Source: Azolla caroliniana
Taxonomy: Eukaryota > Plantae > Polypodiophyta
Assembly: GCA_043228905.1 (NCBI GenBank)
Contig: JBHGNT010000029.1
Span: forward strand, 186,001-250,000
DNA length: 64,000 nt
Direction: 5' to 3'
Below, one piece after another: positions 15,101 through 31,100 of this stretch; positions within the stretch are counted from its first letter, which is position 1; the number at the start of each line of letters is the position of its first letter. The position numbers and the translations under genes are program-made. The notes under the pieces are model-generated. The model was not told the DNA's origin. It searched no databases and saw only the letters and a program-made list of their open reading frames with translations.

Positions 15101-18100
15101 AGCTCCGATTTGCATGTTTGAACAGAGAAATCCGATATCACACGAGCGAGGTATGAAGAATTTAAACTACTCATTCGCCCTACTCAACTCCCTCCTCAAA
15201 TTTGGTAATTTCGTCATGTCTCTCGACCTGAGTTTCAAAATCTTGATTTTTTTATTCCATATCATAGCTAGCGTTGTTAGTTCCGATTCCCATGTTTGAA
15301 CACAGAAATCCGATATCACACGAGCCAGCTATGAACAATTTAATTTGCTCAAGGACTCTACTCAACTCCCTCCTCAAATTTGCTAATTTCTTCATGTCTC
15401 TCGACCGGAGTTTCCAGATCTTGATTTTTTAATTCCATATCATAGCTAGAGTTGTTATCTTCGATTTGCATGTTTGAACAGAGAAATCCGATATCACACG
15501 AGCGAGGTATGAACAATTTAATTTACTCATTCGCCCTACTGAACTCCCTCCTAAAATTTGGTAATTTCGTCATGTCTCTCGACCTGAGTTTTAAAATCTT
15601 GATTTTTTAATTCCATATCATAGCTAGCGTTGTTAGCTTCGATTTGCATGTTTGAACATAGGAATCCGATATCACACGAGCGAGCTATGAACAATGTAAT
15701 TTACTCATTCGCCCTACTCAACTCCCACCTCAAATTTCCTAATTTCGTCATGTCTCTCGACCTGAGTTTCACAATCTTGATTTTTTAATTCCATATCATA
15801 GCTAGCATTGTTAGCTTCGATTCACATGTTGGAACAGAGAAATCCGATATCACACGACCGAGGTATTAACAATTTAATTTACTCATTCGCCCTACTCAAC
15901 AACCTCCTCAAATTTGCTAATTTCTTCATGTCTCTCGACCTGAGTTTCCAGATCTGGATTTTTTCATTCCATATCATAGCTAGCATTGTTAGCTCCGATT
16001 TGCATGTTTGAACAGAGAAATCCGATATCACACGAGCGAGGTATGAACAATTTAATCTACTCATTCGCCCTACTCAACTCCCTCCTCAAATTTGGTAATT
16101 TCGTCATGTCTCTCCACCTAAGTTTCAAAATCTTGATTTTTTTATTCCATATCATAGCGAGCGTTGTTATTTCCGATTCCCATGTTTTAACACAGAAATC
16201 CGATATCACACGAGCCAGGTATGAACAATTTAATTTGCTCAACGACTCTACTCAACTCCCTCCTCAAATTTGCTAATTTCTTCATTTCTCTCGACCTGAG
16301 TTTCCAGATCTTGATTTTCTAATTCCATATCATAGCTAGAGTTGTTAGCTTCGATTTGCATGTTTGAACAGAGAAATCCGATATCACACGAGCGAGGTAT
16401 GAACAATTTAATTTACTTATTCGCCCTACTCAACTCCCTCCTCAAATTTGGTAATTTCTTCATGTCTCGCGACCTGAATTTCAAAATTTAGATTTTTCAA
16501 TTCCGTGTCATAGCTAGCGTTGTTAGCTTCGATTCGCATGTTTGAACACAGGAATCTGATATCACACGAGCGAGGTATGAACATTTTAATTTACTCCAGG
16601 GCTATACTCAACTCCCTCCTCAAATATGCTAATTTCTTCATGTCTCTCGAACTGAGTTTCTAGATCTGGATTTTTTCATTCCATATCATAGCTATCATTG
16701 TTAGCTTCGATTTGCATGTTTGAACACAGAAATCCGATATCACACGAGCGAGGTATGAACAATTTAATCTACTCATTCGCCCTACTCAACTCCCTCCTCA
16801 AATTTGGTAATTTCGTCATGTCTCTCGACCTGAGTTTAAAAATCTTGATTTTTTTATTCCATATCATAGCTAGCGTTGTTAGTTCCGATTCCCATGTTTG
16901 AACACAGAAATCCGATATCACACGAGCCAGGTATGAACAATTTAATTTGCTCAAGGACTCTACTCAACTCCCTCCTCAAATTTGCTAATTTCTTCATGTC
17001 TCTCGACCTGAGTTTCCAGATCTTGATTTTTTAATTCCATATCATAGCTAGAGTTGTTAGCTTCGATTTCAATGTTTGAACAGAGAAATCCGATATCACA
17101 CGAGCGAGGTATGAACAATTTAATTTACTCATTCGCCCTACTCAACTCCCTCCTCAAATTTGCTAATTTCTTCATGTCTCTCGACCTGAGTTTCCAGATC
17201 TGGATTTTTTCATTCCATATCATAGCTAGCGTTGTTAGCTTCGATTCGCATGTTTGAACAGAGAAATCCGATATCATACAAGCGAGGTATTAAAATTTTA
17301 ATTTACTCAAGGGCTCTACTCAACTCCCTCCTCAAATTTGCTAATTTCTTCATGTCTCTCGACTTGAGTTTCTAGATCTAGATTTTTTCATTCCATATCA
17401 TAGCTAGCGTTGTTAGCTCCGATTGCCATGTTTGAACACAGAAATCCGATATCACACGAGCGAGGTATTAACATTTTAATTTACTCCAGGGCTCTACTCA
17501 ACTCCCTCCTCAAATATGCTAATTTCTTCATGTCTCTCGACCTGAGTTTCCAGATCTTGATTTTTTAATTCCATATCATAGCTAGAGTTGTTAGCTTCGA
17601 TTTGCATGTTTGAACAGAGAAATCCGATATCACACGAGCGAGGTATGAACAATTTAATTTACTTATTCGCCCTACTCAACTCCCTCCTCAAATTTGGTAA
17701 TTTCTTCATGTCTCGCGACCTGAATTTCAAAATTTAGATTTTTCAATTCCATGTCATAGCTAGCGTTGTTAGCTTCAATTCGCATGTTTGAACACAGGAA
17801 TCCGATATCACACGAGCGAGGTATGAACATTTTAATTTACTCCAGGGCTCTACTCAACTCCCTCCTGAAATATGCTAATTTCTTCATGTCTCTCGACCTG
17901 AGTTTCCAGATCTGGATTTTTTCATTCCATATCATAGCCAGCATTGTTAGCTCCGATTTGCATGTTTGAACAGAGAAATCCGATATCACACGAGCGAGGT
18001 ATGAAGAATTTAATCTACTCATTCGCCCTACTCAACTCCCTCCTCAAATTTGGTAATTTCGTCATGTCTCTCGACCTGAGTTTCAAAATCTTGATTTTTT

Positions 18101-21100
18101 TATTCCATATCATAGCGAGCGTTGTTAGTTCCGATTCCCATGTTTGAACACAGAAATCCGATATCACACGAGCCAGCTATGAACAATTTAATTTGCTCAA
18201 GGACTCTACTCAACTCCCTCCTCAAATTTGCTAATTTCTTCATGTCTCTCGACCTCAGTTTCCAGATCTTGATTTTTTAATTCCATCTCATAGCTAGAGT
18301 TGTTAGCTTCGATTTCAATGTTTGAACAGAGAAATCCGATATCACACGAGCGAGGTATGAACAATTTAATTTACTCATTCGCCCTACTCAACTCCCTCCT
18401 CAAATTTGGTAATTTCTTCATGTCTCTCGACCTGAGTTTCAAAATCTTGATTTTTTTATTCCATATCATAGCGAGCGTTGTTAGTTCTGATTCCCATGTT
18501 TGAACACAGAAATCCAATATCACACGAGCCAGGTATGAACAATTTAATTTGCTCAAGGACTCTACTCAACTCCCTCCTCAAATTTGCTAATTTCTTCATG
18601 TCTCTCGACCTGAGTTTCCAGATCTTGATTTTTTAATTCCATATCATAGCTAGAGTTGTTAGCTTCGATTTTCATGTTTGAACAGAGAAATCCGATATCA
18701 CACGAGCGAGGTATGAACAATTTAATTTACTCATTCGCCCTACTCAACTCCCTCCTCAAATTTGGTAATTTCTTCATGTCTCGCGACCTGAATTTCAAAA
18801 TTTAGATTTTTCAACTCCATATCATAGCTAGCGTTGTTAGCTTCGATTCACATGTTTGAACACAGGAATCCGATATCACACGAGCGAGGTATGAACATTT
18901 TAATTTACTCCAGGGCTCTACTCAACTCCCTCCTCAAATATGCTAATTTCTTCATGTCTCTCGACGTGAGTTTCCAGATCTGGATTTTTTCATTCCATAT
19001 CATAGCTAGCGTTGTTAGCTCCGATTGCCATGTTTGAACACAGAAATCCGATATCACACGAGCGAGGTATTAACATTTTAATTTACTCCAGGGCTCTACT
19101 CAACTCCCTCCTCAAATATGCTAATTTCTTCATGTCTCTCGACCTGAGTTTCCAAATTTAGATTTTTTAATTCCATATCATTGCTAGCGTTGTTAGCTTC
19201 GATTCGCATGTTTGAACAGAGAAATCCGATATCATACAAGCGAGGTATTAACATTTTAATTTACTCAAGGGCCCTACTCAACTCCCTCCTCAAATTTGCT
19301 AATTTCTTTATGTCTCTCGACCTGAGTTTCCAGATCTGGATTTTTCCATTCCATATCATAGCTAGCGTTGTTAGCTCCGATTGCCATGTTTGAACACAGA
19401 AATCCGATATCACACGAGCGAGGTATGAAGAATTTAATCTACTCATTCGCCCTACTCAACTCCCTCTTCAAATTTGGTAATTTTGTCATGTCTCTCGACC
19501 TGAGTTTCAAAATCTTGATTTTTTTATTCCATATCATAGCGAGCGTTGTTAGTTCCGATTCCCATGTTTGAACACAGAAATCCGATATCACACGAGCCAG
19601 CTATGAACAATTTAATTTGCTCAAGGACTCTACTCAACTCCCTCCTCAAATTTGCTAATTTCTTCATGTCTCTCGACCTGAGTTTCCAGATCTTGATTTT
19701 TTAATTCCATATCATAGCTAGAGTTGTTAGCTTCGATTTGCATGTTTGAACAGAGAGATCCGATATCACACGAGCGAGGTATGAACAATTTAATTTACTC
19801 ATTCGCCCTACTGAACTCCCTCCTAAAATTTGGTAATTTCGTCATGTCTCGCGACGTGAATTACAAAATTTAGATTTTTCAATTCCATATCATAGCTAGC
19901 GTTGTTAGCTTCGATTCGCATGTTTGAACACATGAATCCGATATCACACGAGCGAGGTATGAACATTTTAATTTACTCCGGGGCTCTACTCAACTCCCTC
20001 CTCAAATATGCTAATTTCTTCATGTCTCTCGACGTGAGTTTCCAGATCTGGATTTTTTCATTCCATATCATAGCTAGCGTTGTTAGCTCCGATTGCCATG
20101 TTTGAACACAGAAATCCGATATCACACGAGCGAGGTATTATCATTTTAATTTACTCCAGGGCTCTACTCAACTCCCTCCTCAAATATGCTAATTTCTTCA
20201 TGTCTCTCGACCTGAGTTTCCAGATCTGGATTTTTTCATTCCATATCATAGCTAGCATTGTTAGCTCCGATTTGCATGTTTGAACAGAGAAATCCGATAT
20301 CACACGAGCGAGGTATGAAGAATTTAATCTACTCATTCGCCCTACTCAACTCCCTCCTCAAATTTGGTAATTTTGTCATGTCTCTCGACCTGAGTTTCAA
20401 AATCTTGATTTTTTTATTCCATATCATAGCGAGCGTTGTTAGTTCCGATTCCCATGTTTGAACACAGAAATCAGATATCACACGAGCCAGGTATGAACAA
20501 TTTAATTTACTCCAGGGCTCTACTCAACTCCCTCCTCAAATATGCTAATTTCTTCATGTCTCTCGACCTGAGTTTCCAGATCTGGATTTTTTCATTCCAT
20601 ATCATAGCTATCATTGTTAGCTCCGATTTGCATGTTTGAACAGAGAAATCCGATATCACACGAGCGAGGTATGAAGAATTTAATCTACTCATTCGCCCTA
20701 CTCAACTCCCTCCTCAAATTTGGTAATTTCGTCATGTCTCTCGACCTTAGTTTCAAAATCTTGATTTTTTTATTCCATGCTAGCGTTGTTAGTTCCGATT
20801 CCCATGTTTGAACACAGAAATCCGATATCACACGAGCCAGGTATGAACAATTTAATTTGCTCAAGGACTCTACTCAACTCCCTCCTCAAATTTGCTAATT
20901 TCTTCATGTCTCTCGACCTGAGTTTCCAGATCTTGATTTTTTAATTCCATATCATAGCTAGAGTTGTTAGCTTCGATTTCAATGTTTGAACAGAGAAATC
21001 CGATATCACACGAGCGAGGTATGAACAATTTAATTTACTCATTCGCCCTACTCAACTCCCTCCTCAAATTTGCTAATTTCTTCATGTCTCTCGACCTGAG

Positions 21101-22743
21101 TTTCCAGATCTGGATTTTTTCATTCCATATCATAGCTAGCGTTGTTAGCTTCGATTGGCATGTTTGAACAGAGAAATCCGATATCATACAAGCGAGGTAT
21201 TAAAATTTTAATTTACTCAAGGGCTCTACTCAACTCCCTCCTCAAATTTGCTAATTTCTTCATGTCTCTCGACTTGAGTTTCTAGATCTAGATTTTTTCA
21301 TTCCATATCATAGCTAGCGTTGTTAGCTCCGATTGCCATGTTTGAACACAGAAATCCGATATCACACGAGCGAGGTATTAACATTTTAATTTACTCCAGG
21401 GCTCTACTCAACTCCCTCCTCAAATATGCTAATTTCTTCATGTCTCTCGACCTGAGTTTCCAGATCTTGATTTTTTAATTCCATATCATAGCTAGAGTTG
21501 TTAGCTTCGATTTGCATGTTTGAACAGAGAAATCCGATATCACACGAGCGAGGTATGAACAATTTAATTTACTTATTCGCCCTACTCAACTCCCTCCTCA
21601 AATTTGGTAATTTCTTCATGTCTCGCGACCTGAATTTCAAAATTTAGATTTTTCAATTCCATATCATAGCTAGCGTTGTTAGCTTCGATTCGCATGTTTG
21701 AACACATGAATCCGATATCACACGAGCGAGGTATTAACATTTTAATTTACTCAAGGGCTCTACTCAACTCCCTCCTCAAATTTGCTAATTTCTTCATGTC
21801 TCTCGACCTGAGTTTCCAGATCTGGATTTTTTCATTCCATATCATAGCTAGCGTTGTTAGCTCCGATTGCCATGTTTGAACACAGAAATCCGATATTACA
21901 CGAGCGAGGTATGAACATTTTAATTTACTCCAGGGCTCTACTCAACTCCCTCCTCAAATATGCTAATTTCTTCATGTCTCTCGACCTGAGTTTCCAGATC
22001 TGGATTTTTTCATTCCATATCATAGCTATCAATTTTAGCTTCGATTTGCATGTTTGAACACAGAAATCCGATATCACACGAGCGAGGTATGAACAATTTA
22101 ATCTACTCATTCGCCCTACTCAACTCCCTCCTCAAATTTGGTAATTTCGTCATGTCTCTCGACCTGAGTTTCAATATCTTAATTTTTTTATTCCATATCA
22201 TAGCTAGCATTGTTAGTTCCGATTCCCATGTTTGAACACAGAAATCTGATATCACACGAGCCAGGTATGAACAATTTAATTTGCTCAAGGACTCTACTCA
22301 ACTCCCTCCTCAAATTTTCTAATTTCTTCATGTCTCTTGACCTGAGTTTTCAGATCTTGATTTTTTAATTCCATATCGTAGCTAGAGTTGTTAGCTTCGA
22401 TTTGCATGTTTGAACAGAGAAATCCGATATCACACGAGCGAGGTATGAAGAATTTAATCTAGTCATTCGCCCTACTCAACTCCCTCCTCAAATTTGGTAA
22501 TTTCGTCATGTCTCTCAACCTGAGTTTCAAAATCTTGATTTTTTTATTCCATATCATAGCTAGCGTTGTTAGTTCCGATTCCCATGTTTGAACACAGAAA
22601 TCCGATATCACACGAGCGAGGTATAAACAATTTAATTTGCTCAAGGACTCTACTCAACTCCCTCCTCAAATTTGCTAATTTCTTCATGTCTCTCGACCTG
22701 AGTTTCCAGATCTGAATTTTTTCATTCCATATCATAGCTAGCG

Positions 22744-25700
22744 TTGTTAGCTCCGATTGCCATGTTTGAACACAGAAATCCGATATCACACGAGCGAGGT
22801 ATTAACATTTTAATTTACTCCAGGGCTCTACTCAACTCCCTCCTCAAATATGCTAATTTCTTCATGTCTCTCGACCTGAGTTTCCAGATCTGGATTTTTT
22901 CATTCCATATCATAGCCAGCATTGTTAGCTTCGATTTGCATGTTTGAACAGAGAAATCCGATATCACACGAGCGAGGTATGAAGAATTTAATCTACTCAT
23001 TCGCCCTACTCAACTCCCTCCTCAAATTTGGTAATTTCGTCATGTCTCTCGACCTGAGTTTCAAAATCTTGATTTTTTTATTCCATATCATAGCGAGCGT
23101 TGTTAGTTCCGATTCCCATGTTTGAACACAGAAATCCGATATCACACGAGCCAGCTATGAACAATTTAATTTGCTCAAGGACTCTACTCAACTCCCTCCT
23201 CAAATTTGCTAATTTCTTCATGTCTCTCGACCTCAGTTTCCAGATCTTGATTTTTTAATTCCATATCGTAGCTAGAGTTGTTAGCTTCGATTTGCATGTT
23301 TGAACAGAGAAATCCGATATCACACGAGCGAGGTATGAAGAATTTAATCTAGTCATTCGCCCTACTCAACTCCCTCCTCAAATTTGGTAATTTCTTCATG
23401 TCTCTCGACCTGAGTTTCAAAATCTTGATTTTTTTATTCCATATCATAGCGAGCGTTGTTAGTTCTGATTCCCATGTTTGAACACAGAAATCCAATATCA
23501 CACGAGCCAGGTATGAACAATTTAATTTGCTCAAGGACTCTACTCAACTCCCTCCTCAAATTTGCTAATTTCTTCATGTCTCTCGACCTGAGTTTCCAGA
23601 TCTTGATTTTTTAATTCCATATCATAGCTAGAGTTGTTAGCTTCGATTTTCATGTTTGAACAGAGAAATCCGATATCACACGAGCGAGGTATGAACAATT
23701 TAATTTACTCATTCGCCCTACTCAACTCCCTCCTCAAATTTGGTAATTTCTTCATGTCTCGCGACCTGAATTTCAAAATTTAGATTTTTCAACTCCATAT
23801 CATAGCTAGCGTTGTTAGCTTCGATTCACATGTTTGAACACAGGAATCCGATATCACACGAGCGAGGTATGAACATTTTAATTTACTCCAGGGCTCTACT
23901 CAACTCCCTCCTCAAATATGCTAATTTCTTCATGTCTCTCGACCTGAGTTTCCAGATCTGGATTTTTTCATTCCATATCATAGCCAGCATTGTTAGCTTC
24001 GATTTGCATGTTTGAACAGAGAAATCCGATATCACACGAGCGAGGTATGAAGAATTTAATCTACTCATTCGCCCTACTCAACTCCCTCCTCAAATTTGGT
24101 AATTTCGTCATGTCTCTCGACCTGAGTTTCAAAATCTTGATTTTTTTATTCCATATCATAGCGAGCGTTGTTAGTTCCGATTCCCATGTTTGAACACAGA
24201 AATCCGATATCACACGAGCCAGCTATGAACAATTTAATTTGCTCAAGGACTCTACTCAACTCCCTCCTCAAATTTGCTAATTTCTTCATGTCTCTCGACC
24301 TCAGTTTCCAGATCTTGATTTTTTAATTCCATATCGTAGCTAGAGTTGTTAGCTTCGATTTGCATGTTTGAACAGAGAAATCCGATATCACACGAGCGAG
24401 GTATGAAGAATTTAATCTAGTCATTCGCCCTACTCAACTCCCTCCTCAAATTTGGTAATTTCTTCATGTCTCTCGACCTGAGTTTCAAAATCTTGATTTT
24501 TTTATTCCATATCATAGCAAGCGTTGTTAGTTCTGATTCCCATGTTTGAACACAGAAATCCAATATCACACGAGCCAGGTATGAACAATTTAATTTGCTC
24601 AAGGACTCTACTCAACTCCCTCCTCAAATTTGCTAATTTCTTCATGTCTCTCGACCTGAGTTTCCAGATCTTGATTTTTTAATTCCATATCATAGCTAGA
24701 GTTGTTAGCTTCGATTTTCATGTTTGAACAGAGAAATCCGATATCACACGAGCGAGGTATGAACAATTTAATTTACTCATTCGCCCTACTCAACTCCCTC
24801 CTCAAATTTGGTAATTTCTTCATGTCTCGCGACCTGAATTTCAAAATTTAGATTTTTCAACTCCATATCATAGCTAGCGTTGTTAGCTTCGATTCACATG
24901 TTTGAACACAGGAATCCGATATCACACGAGCGAGGTATGAACATTTTAATTTACTCCAGGGCTCTACTCAACTCCCTCCTCAAATATGCTAATTTCTTCA
25001 TGTCTCTCGACCTGAGTTTCCAGATCTGGATTTTTTCATTCCATATCATAGCTAGCATTGTTAGCTCCGATTTGCATGTTTGAACACAGAAATCCGATAT
25101 CACACGAGCGAGGTATGAACAATTTAATCTACTCATTCGCCCTACTCAACTCCCTCCTCAAATTTGGTAATTTCGTCATGTCTCTCCACCTGAGTTTCGA
25201 AATCTTGATTTTTTTATTCCATATCATAGCGAGCGTTGTTAGTTCCGATTCCCATGTTTGAACACAGAAATCCAATATCACACGAGCCAACTATGAACAA
25301 TTTAATTTGCTCAAGGACTCTACTCAACTCCCTCCTCAAATTTGCTAATTTCTTCATGTCTCTCGACCTGAGTTTCCAGATCTAGATTTTTTAATTCCAT
25401 ATCATAGCTAGAGTTGTTAGCTTCGATTTGCATGTTTGAACAGAGAAATTCGATATCACACGAGCGAGGTATGAACAATTTAATTTACTCATTCGCCCTA
25501 CTCAACTCCCTCAAATTTGGTAATTTCTTCATGTCTCGCGACCTGAATTTCAAAATTTAGATTTTTCAATTCCATATCATAGCTAGCGTTGTTAGCTTGG
25601 ATTCGCATGTTTGAACACATGAATCCGATATCACACGAGCGAGGTATGAACATTTTAATTTACTCCGGGCCTCTACTCAACTCCCTCCTCAAATATGCTA

Positions 25701-28150
25701 ATTTCTTCATGTCTCTCGAGCTGAGTTTCCAGATCTGGATTTTTTCATTCCATATCATAGCTAGCGTTGTTAGCTCTGATTCCCATGTTTGAACACAAAA
25801 ATCCGATATCACACGAGCGAGGTATGAACAATTTAATTTGCTCAAGGACTCTACTCAACTCCCTCCTCAAATTTTCTAATTTCTTCATGTCTCTTGACCT
25901 GAGTTTCCAGATCTTGATTTTTTAATTCCATATCATAGCTAGAGTTGTTAGCTTCGATTTGCATGTTTGAACAGAGAAATCCGATATCACACGAGCGAGG
26001 TATGAACAATTTAATTTACTCATTCGCCCTACTCAACTCCCTCCTAAAATTTGGTAATTTCTTCATGTCTCTCGACCTGAATTTCAAAATTTAGATTTTT
26101 TAATTCCATATCATAGCTAGCGTTGTTAGCTTCGATTCGCATGTTTGAACAGAGAAATCCGATATCACACAAGCGAGGTATGAAGAATTTAATCTAGTCA
26201 TTCGCCCTACTCAACTCCCTCCTCAAATTTGGTAATTTCGTCATGTCTCTCGACCTGAGTTTCAAAATCTCGATTTTTTTATTCCATATCATAGCGAGCG
26301 TTGTTAGTTCCGATTCCCATGTTTGAACACAGAAATCCGATATCACACGAGCCAGCTATGAACAATTTAATTTGCTCAAGGACTCTACTCAACTCCCTCC
26401 TCAAATTTGCTAATTTCTTCATGTCTCTCGACCTCAGTTTCCAGATCTTGATTTTTTAATTCCATATCGTAGCTAGAGTTGTTAGCTTCGATTTGCATGT
26501 TTGAACAGAGAAATCCGATATCACACGAGCGAGGTATGAAGAATTTAATCTAGTCATTCGCCCTACTCAACTCCCTCCTCAAATTTGGTAATTTCTTCAT
26601 GTCTCTCGACCTGAGTTTCAAAATCTTGATTTTTTTATTCCATATCATAGCGAGCATTGTTAGCTTCGATTCACATGTTTGAACACAGGAATCCGATATC
26701 ACACGAGCGAGGTATGAACATTTTAATTTACTCCAGGGCTCTACTCAACTCCCTCCTCAAATATGCTAATTTCTTCATGTCTCTCGACCTGAGTTTCCAG
26801 ATCTGGATTTTTTCATTCCATATCATAGCTAGCATTGTTAGCTCCGATTTGCATGTTTGAACACAGAAATCCGATATCACACGAGCGAGGTATGAACAAT
26901 TTAATCTACTCATTCGCCCTACTCAACTCCCTCCTCAAATTTGGTAATTTCGTCATGTCTCTCCACCTGAGTTTCGAAATCTTGATTTTTTTATTCCATA
27001 TCATAGCGAGCGTTGTTAGTTCCGATTCCCATGTTTGAACACAGAAATCCAATATCACACGAGCCAACTATGAACAATTTAATTTGCTCAAGGACTCTAC
27101 TCAACTCCCTCCTCAAATTTGCTAATTTCTTCATGTCTCTCGACCTGAGTTTCCAGATCTAGATTTTTTAATTCCATATCATAGCTAGAGTTGTTAGCTT
27201 CGATTTGCATGTTTGAACAGAGAAATTCGATATCACACGAGCGAGGTATGAACAATTTAATTTACTCATTCGCCCTACTCAACTCCCTCAAATTTGGTAA
27301 TTTCTTCATGTCTCGCGACCTGAATTTCAAAATTTAGATTTTTCAATTCCATATCATAGCTAGCGTTGTTAGCTTGGATTCGCATGTTTGAACACATGAA
27401 TCCGATATCACACGAGCGAGGTATGAACATTTTAATTTACTCCGGGCCTCTACTCAACTCCCTCCTCAAATATGCTAATTTCTTCATGTCTCTCGAGCTG
27501 AGTTTCCAGATCTGGATTTTTTCATTCCATATCATAGCTAGCATTGTTAGCTCCGATTTGCATGTTTGAACAGAGAAATCCGATATCACACGAGCGAGGT
27601 ATGAACAATTTAATTTGCTCAAGGACTCTACTCAACTCCCTCCTCAAATTTTCTAATTTCTTCATGTCTCTTGACCTGAGTTTCCAGATCTTGATTTTTT
27701 AATTCCATATCATAGCTAGAGTTGTTAGCTTCGATTTGCATGTTTGAACAGAGAAATCCGATATCACACGAGCGAGGTATGAACAATTTAATTTACTCAT
27801 TCGCCCTACTCAACTCCCTCCTAAAATTTGGTAATTTCTTCATGTCTCTCGACCTGAATTTCAAAATTTAGATTTTTTAATTCCATATCATAGCTAGCGT
27901 TGTTAGCTTCGATTCGCATGTTTGAACAGAGAAATCCGATATCACACAAGCGAGGTATGAAGAATTTAATCTAGTCATTCGCCCTACTCAACTCCCTCCT
28001 CAAATTTGGTAATTTCGTCATGTCTCTCGACCTGAGTTTCAAAATCTTGATTTTTTTATTACATATCATAGCTAGCGTTGTTAGTTCCGATTCCCATGTT
28101 TGAACACAGAAATCCAATATCACACGAGCCAGGTATGAACAATTTAATTT
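22744..28150. repeat. Adjacent 6-mer (1068 bp) and 10-mer (1777 bp) higher-order duplications
   Basis: Identical ORF pairs 22922/23990 and 23349/24417 (offset 1068), and 24880/26657 and 25058/26835 (offset 1777). A 3-bp deletion is shared at ~25510 and ~27287. Confidence 0.85.
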
Positions 28151-31100
28151 GCTCAAGGACTCTACTCAACTCCCTCCTCAAATTTGCTAATTTCTTCATG
28201 TCTCTCGACCTGAGTTTCCAGATCTTGATTTTTTAATTCCATATCATAGCTAGCATTGTTAGCTTCGATTTGCATGTTTGAACAGAGAAATCCGATATCA
28301 CACGAGCGAGGTATGAACAATTTAATTTACTCATTCGCCCTACTCAACTCCCTCCTAAAATTTGGTAATTTCTTCATGTCTCTCGACCTGAATTTCAAAA
28401 TTTAGATTTTTTAATTCCATATCATAGCTAGCGTTGTTAGCTTCGATTCGCATGTTTGAACAGAGAAATCCGATATCACACAAGCGAGGTATTAACATTA
28501 TAATTTACTCAAGGGCTCTACTCAACTCCCTCCTCGAATTTGCTAATTTCTTCATGTCTCTCGACCTGAGTTTCCAGATCTAGATTTTTTAATTCCATAT
28601 CATAGCTAGCGTTGTTAGCTTCGATTCGCATGTTTGAACAGAGAAATCCGATATCACACGAGCGAGGTATTAACATTTTAATTTACTCCAGGGCTCTACT
28701 CAACTCCCTCCTCAAATATGCTAATTTCTTCATGTCTCTCGACCTAAGTTTCAAGATCTGGATTTTTTCATTCCATAGCATAGCTAGCGTTGTTAGCTCC
28801 GATTCTCATGTTTGAACACAGAAATCCGATATCACACGAGCGAGGTATGAACAATTTAATCTACTCATTCGCCCTACTCAACTCCCTCCTCAAATTTGGT
28901 AATTTCGTCATGTCTCTCGACCTGAGGTTTAAAATCTTGATTTTTTATTTCCATATCATAGCTAGCGTCCTTAGCTTCGATTCGCATGTTTGAACACAGG
29001 AATCCGATATCACACGACCGAGCTATGAACAATTTAATTTGCTCAAGGACTCTACTCAACTCCCTCCTCAAATTTGCTAATTTCGTCATGTCTCTCAACC
29101 TGAGTTTCACAATTTAGATTTTTTCATTCCATATCATAGCTAGCGTTGTTCGCTCCGATTCACAAGTTCGAACACAGAAATCCGATATTACACGAGCGAG
29201 GTATGAACATTTTAATTTGCTCAAGGGCTCTACTCAACTCCCTCCTAAAATTTGGTAATTTCTTCATGTCTCTCGACCTAAGTTTCAAAATCTTGATTTT
29301 TTAATTCCATATCATAGCTAGCGTTGTTAGCTTCGAATGGCATGTTTGAACACAAAAATCATATATCACACGAGTGAGGTATGAACATTTTAATTTGCTC
29401 AAGGGCTCTACTCAACTCCCTCCTCAAATTTGCTAATTTCTTCATGTCTCTCGACCTGAGTTTCAAAATCTTGATTTTTTAATTCCATATCATAGCTAGC
29501 GTTGTTAACTTCGAATGGCATGTTTGAACACAAAAACCCGATATCACACGAGCGAGGTATGAACAATTTAATTTACTCATTCGCCCTACTCAACTCCCTC
29601 CTAAAATTTGGTAATTTCTTCATGTCTCTCGACCTGAGTTTCGAGATCTGGATTTTTTAATTCCATATCATAGCTAGAGTTTGAACAGAGAAATCGGATA
29701 TCACACAAGCGAGGTATTAACATTTTAATTTACTCAAGGGCTCTACTCAACTCCCTCCTCAAATTTGCTAATTTCGTCATGTCTCTCGACCTGAGTTTCA
29801 AAATCTTAATTTTTTAATTCCATATCATAGCTAGCGTTGTTAGTTCCGATTCCCATGTTTGAACACAGAAAGCCGATATCACACGAGCCAGGTATGAACA
29901 ATTTAATTTGCTCAAGGACTCTACTCAACTCCCTCCTCATATTTGCTAATTTCTTCATGTCTCTCGACCTGAGTTTCTAGATCTTGATTTTTTAATTCCA
30001 TATCATAGCTAGAGTTGTTAGCTTCGATTTGCATTTTGAACAGAGAAATCCGATATCACACGAGCGAGGTATGAACAATTTAATTTACTCATACGCCCTA
30101 CTCAACTCCCTCCTCAAATTTGGTAATTTCTTCATGTCTCTCGACCTGAATTTCAAAATTTAGATTTTTTAATTCCATATCATAGCTAGCGTTGTTAGCT
30201 TCGATTCGCATGTTTGAACAGAGAAATCCGATATCACGCAAGCGAGGTATTAACATTTTAATTTACTCATGGGCTCTACTCAACTCCCTCCTCAATTTTG
30301 CTAATTTCTTCATGTCTCTTGACCTTAGTTTCCAGATCTCGATTTTTTAATTCCATATCGTAGCTACAGTTGTTAGCTTCGATTTGCATGTTTGAACAGA
30401 GAAATCCGATATCACACGAGCGAGGTATGAACAATTTAATTTACTCATTCGCCCTACTCAACTCCCTCCTCAAATTTGGTAACTTCTTCATGTCTCTCGA
30501 CCTGAATTTCAAAATTTAGATTTTGTAATTCCATATCATAGCTAGCGTTGTTAGCTTCGATTCGCATGTTTGAACAGAGAAATCCGATATCACACAAGCG
30601 AGGTATTAACATTTTAATTTACTCAAGGGCTCTACTCAACTCCCTCCTCAAATTTGCTAATTTCTTCATGTCTCTCGACCTGAGTTTCCAGATCTAGATT
30701 TTTTCATTCCATATCATAGCTAGCGTTGTTAGCTCCGATTCCCATGTTTGAACACAGAAATCCGATATCACACGAGCCACGTATAAACATTTTAATTTCC
30801 TCAAGCGCTCTACTCAACTCCCTACTCAAATTTGGTAATATCTTCATGTCTTTCGACCTGAGTTTCAAAATCTTGATTTTTTAATTCCATATCCTAGCTA
30901 GCGTTGTTAGCTTCGAATGGCATGTTTGAACACAAAAATTCGATATCACAAGAGCGAGGTATGAACAATTTAATTTACTCATTCGCCCTACTCAACTCCC
31001 TCCTCAAATTTGGTAATTTCGTCATGTCTCTCGACCTGAGTTTTAAAATCTGAGATTTTTAATTCCATATCATAGCTAGCGTTGTTAGCTTCGATTTGCA

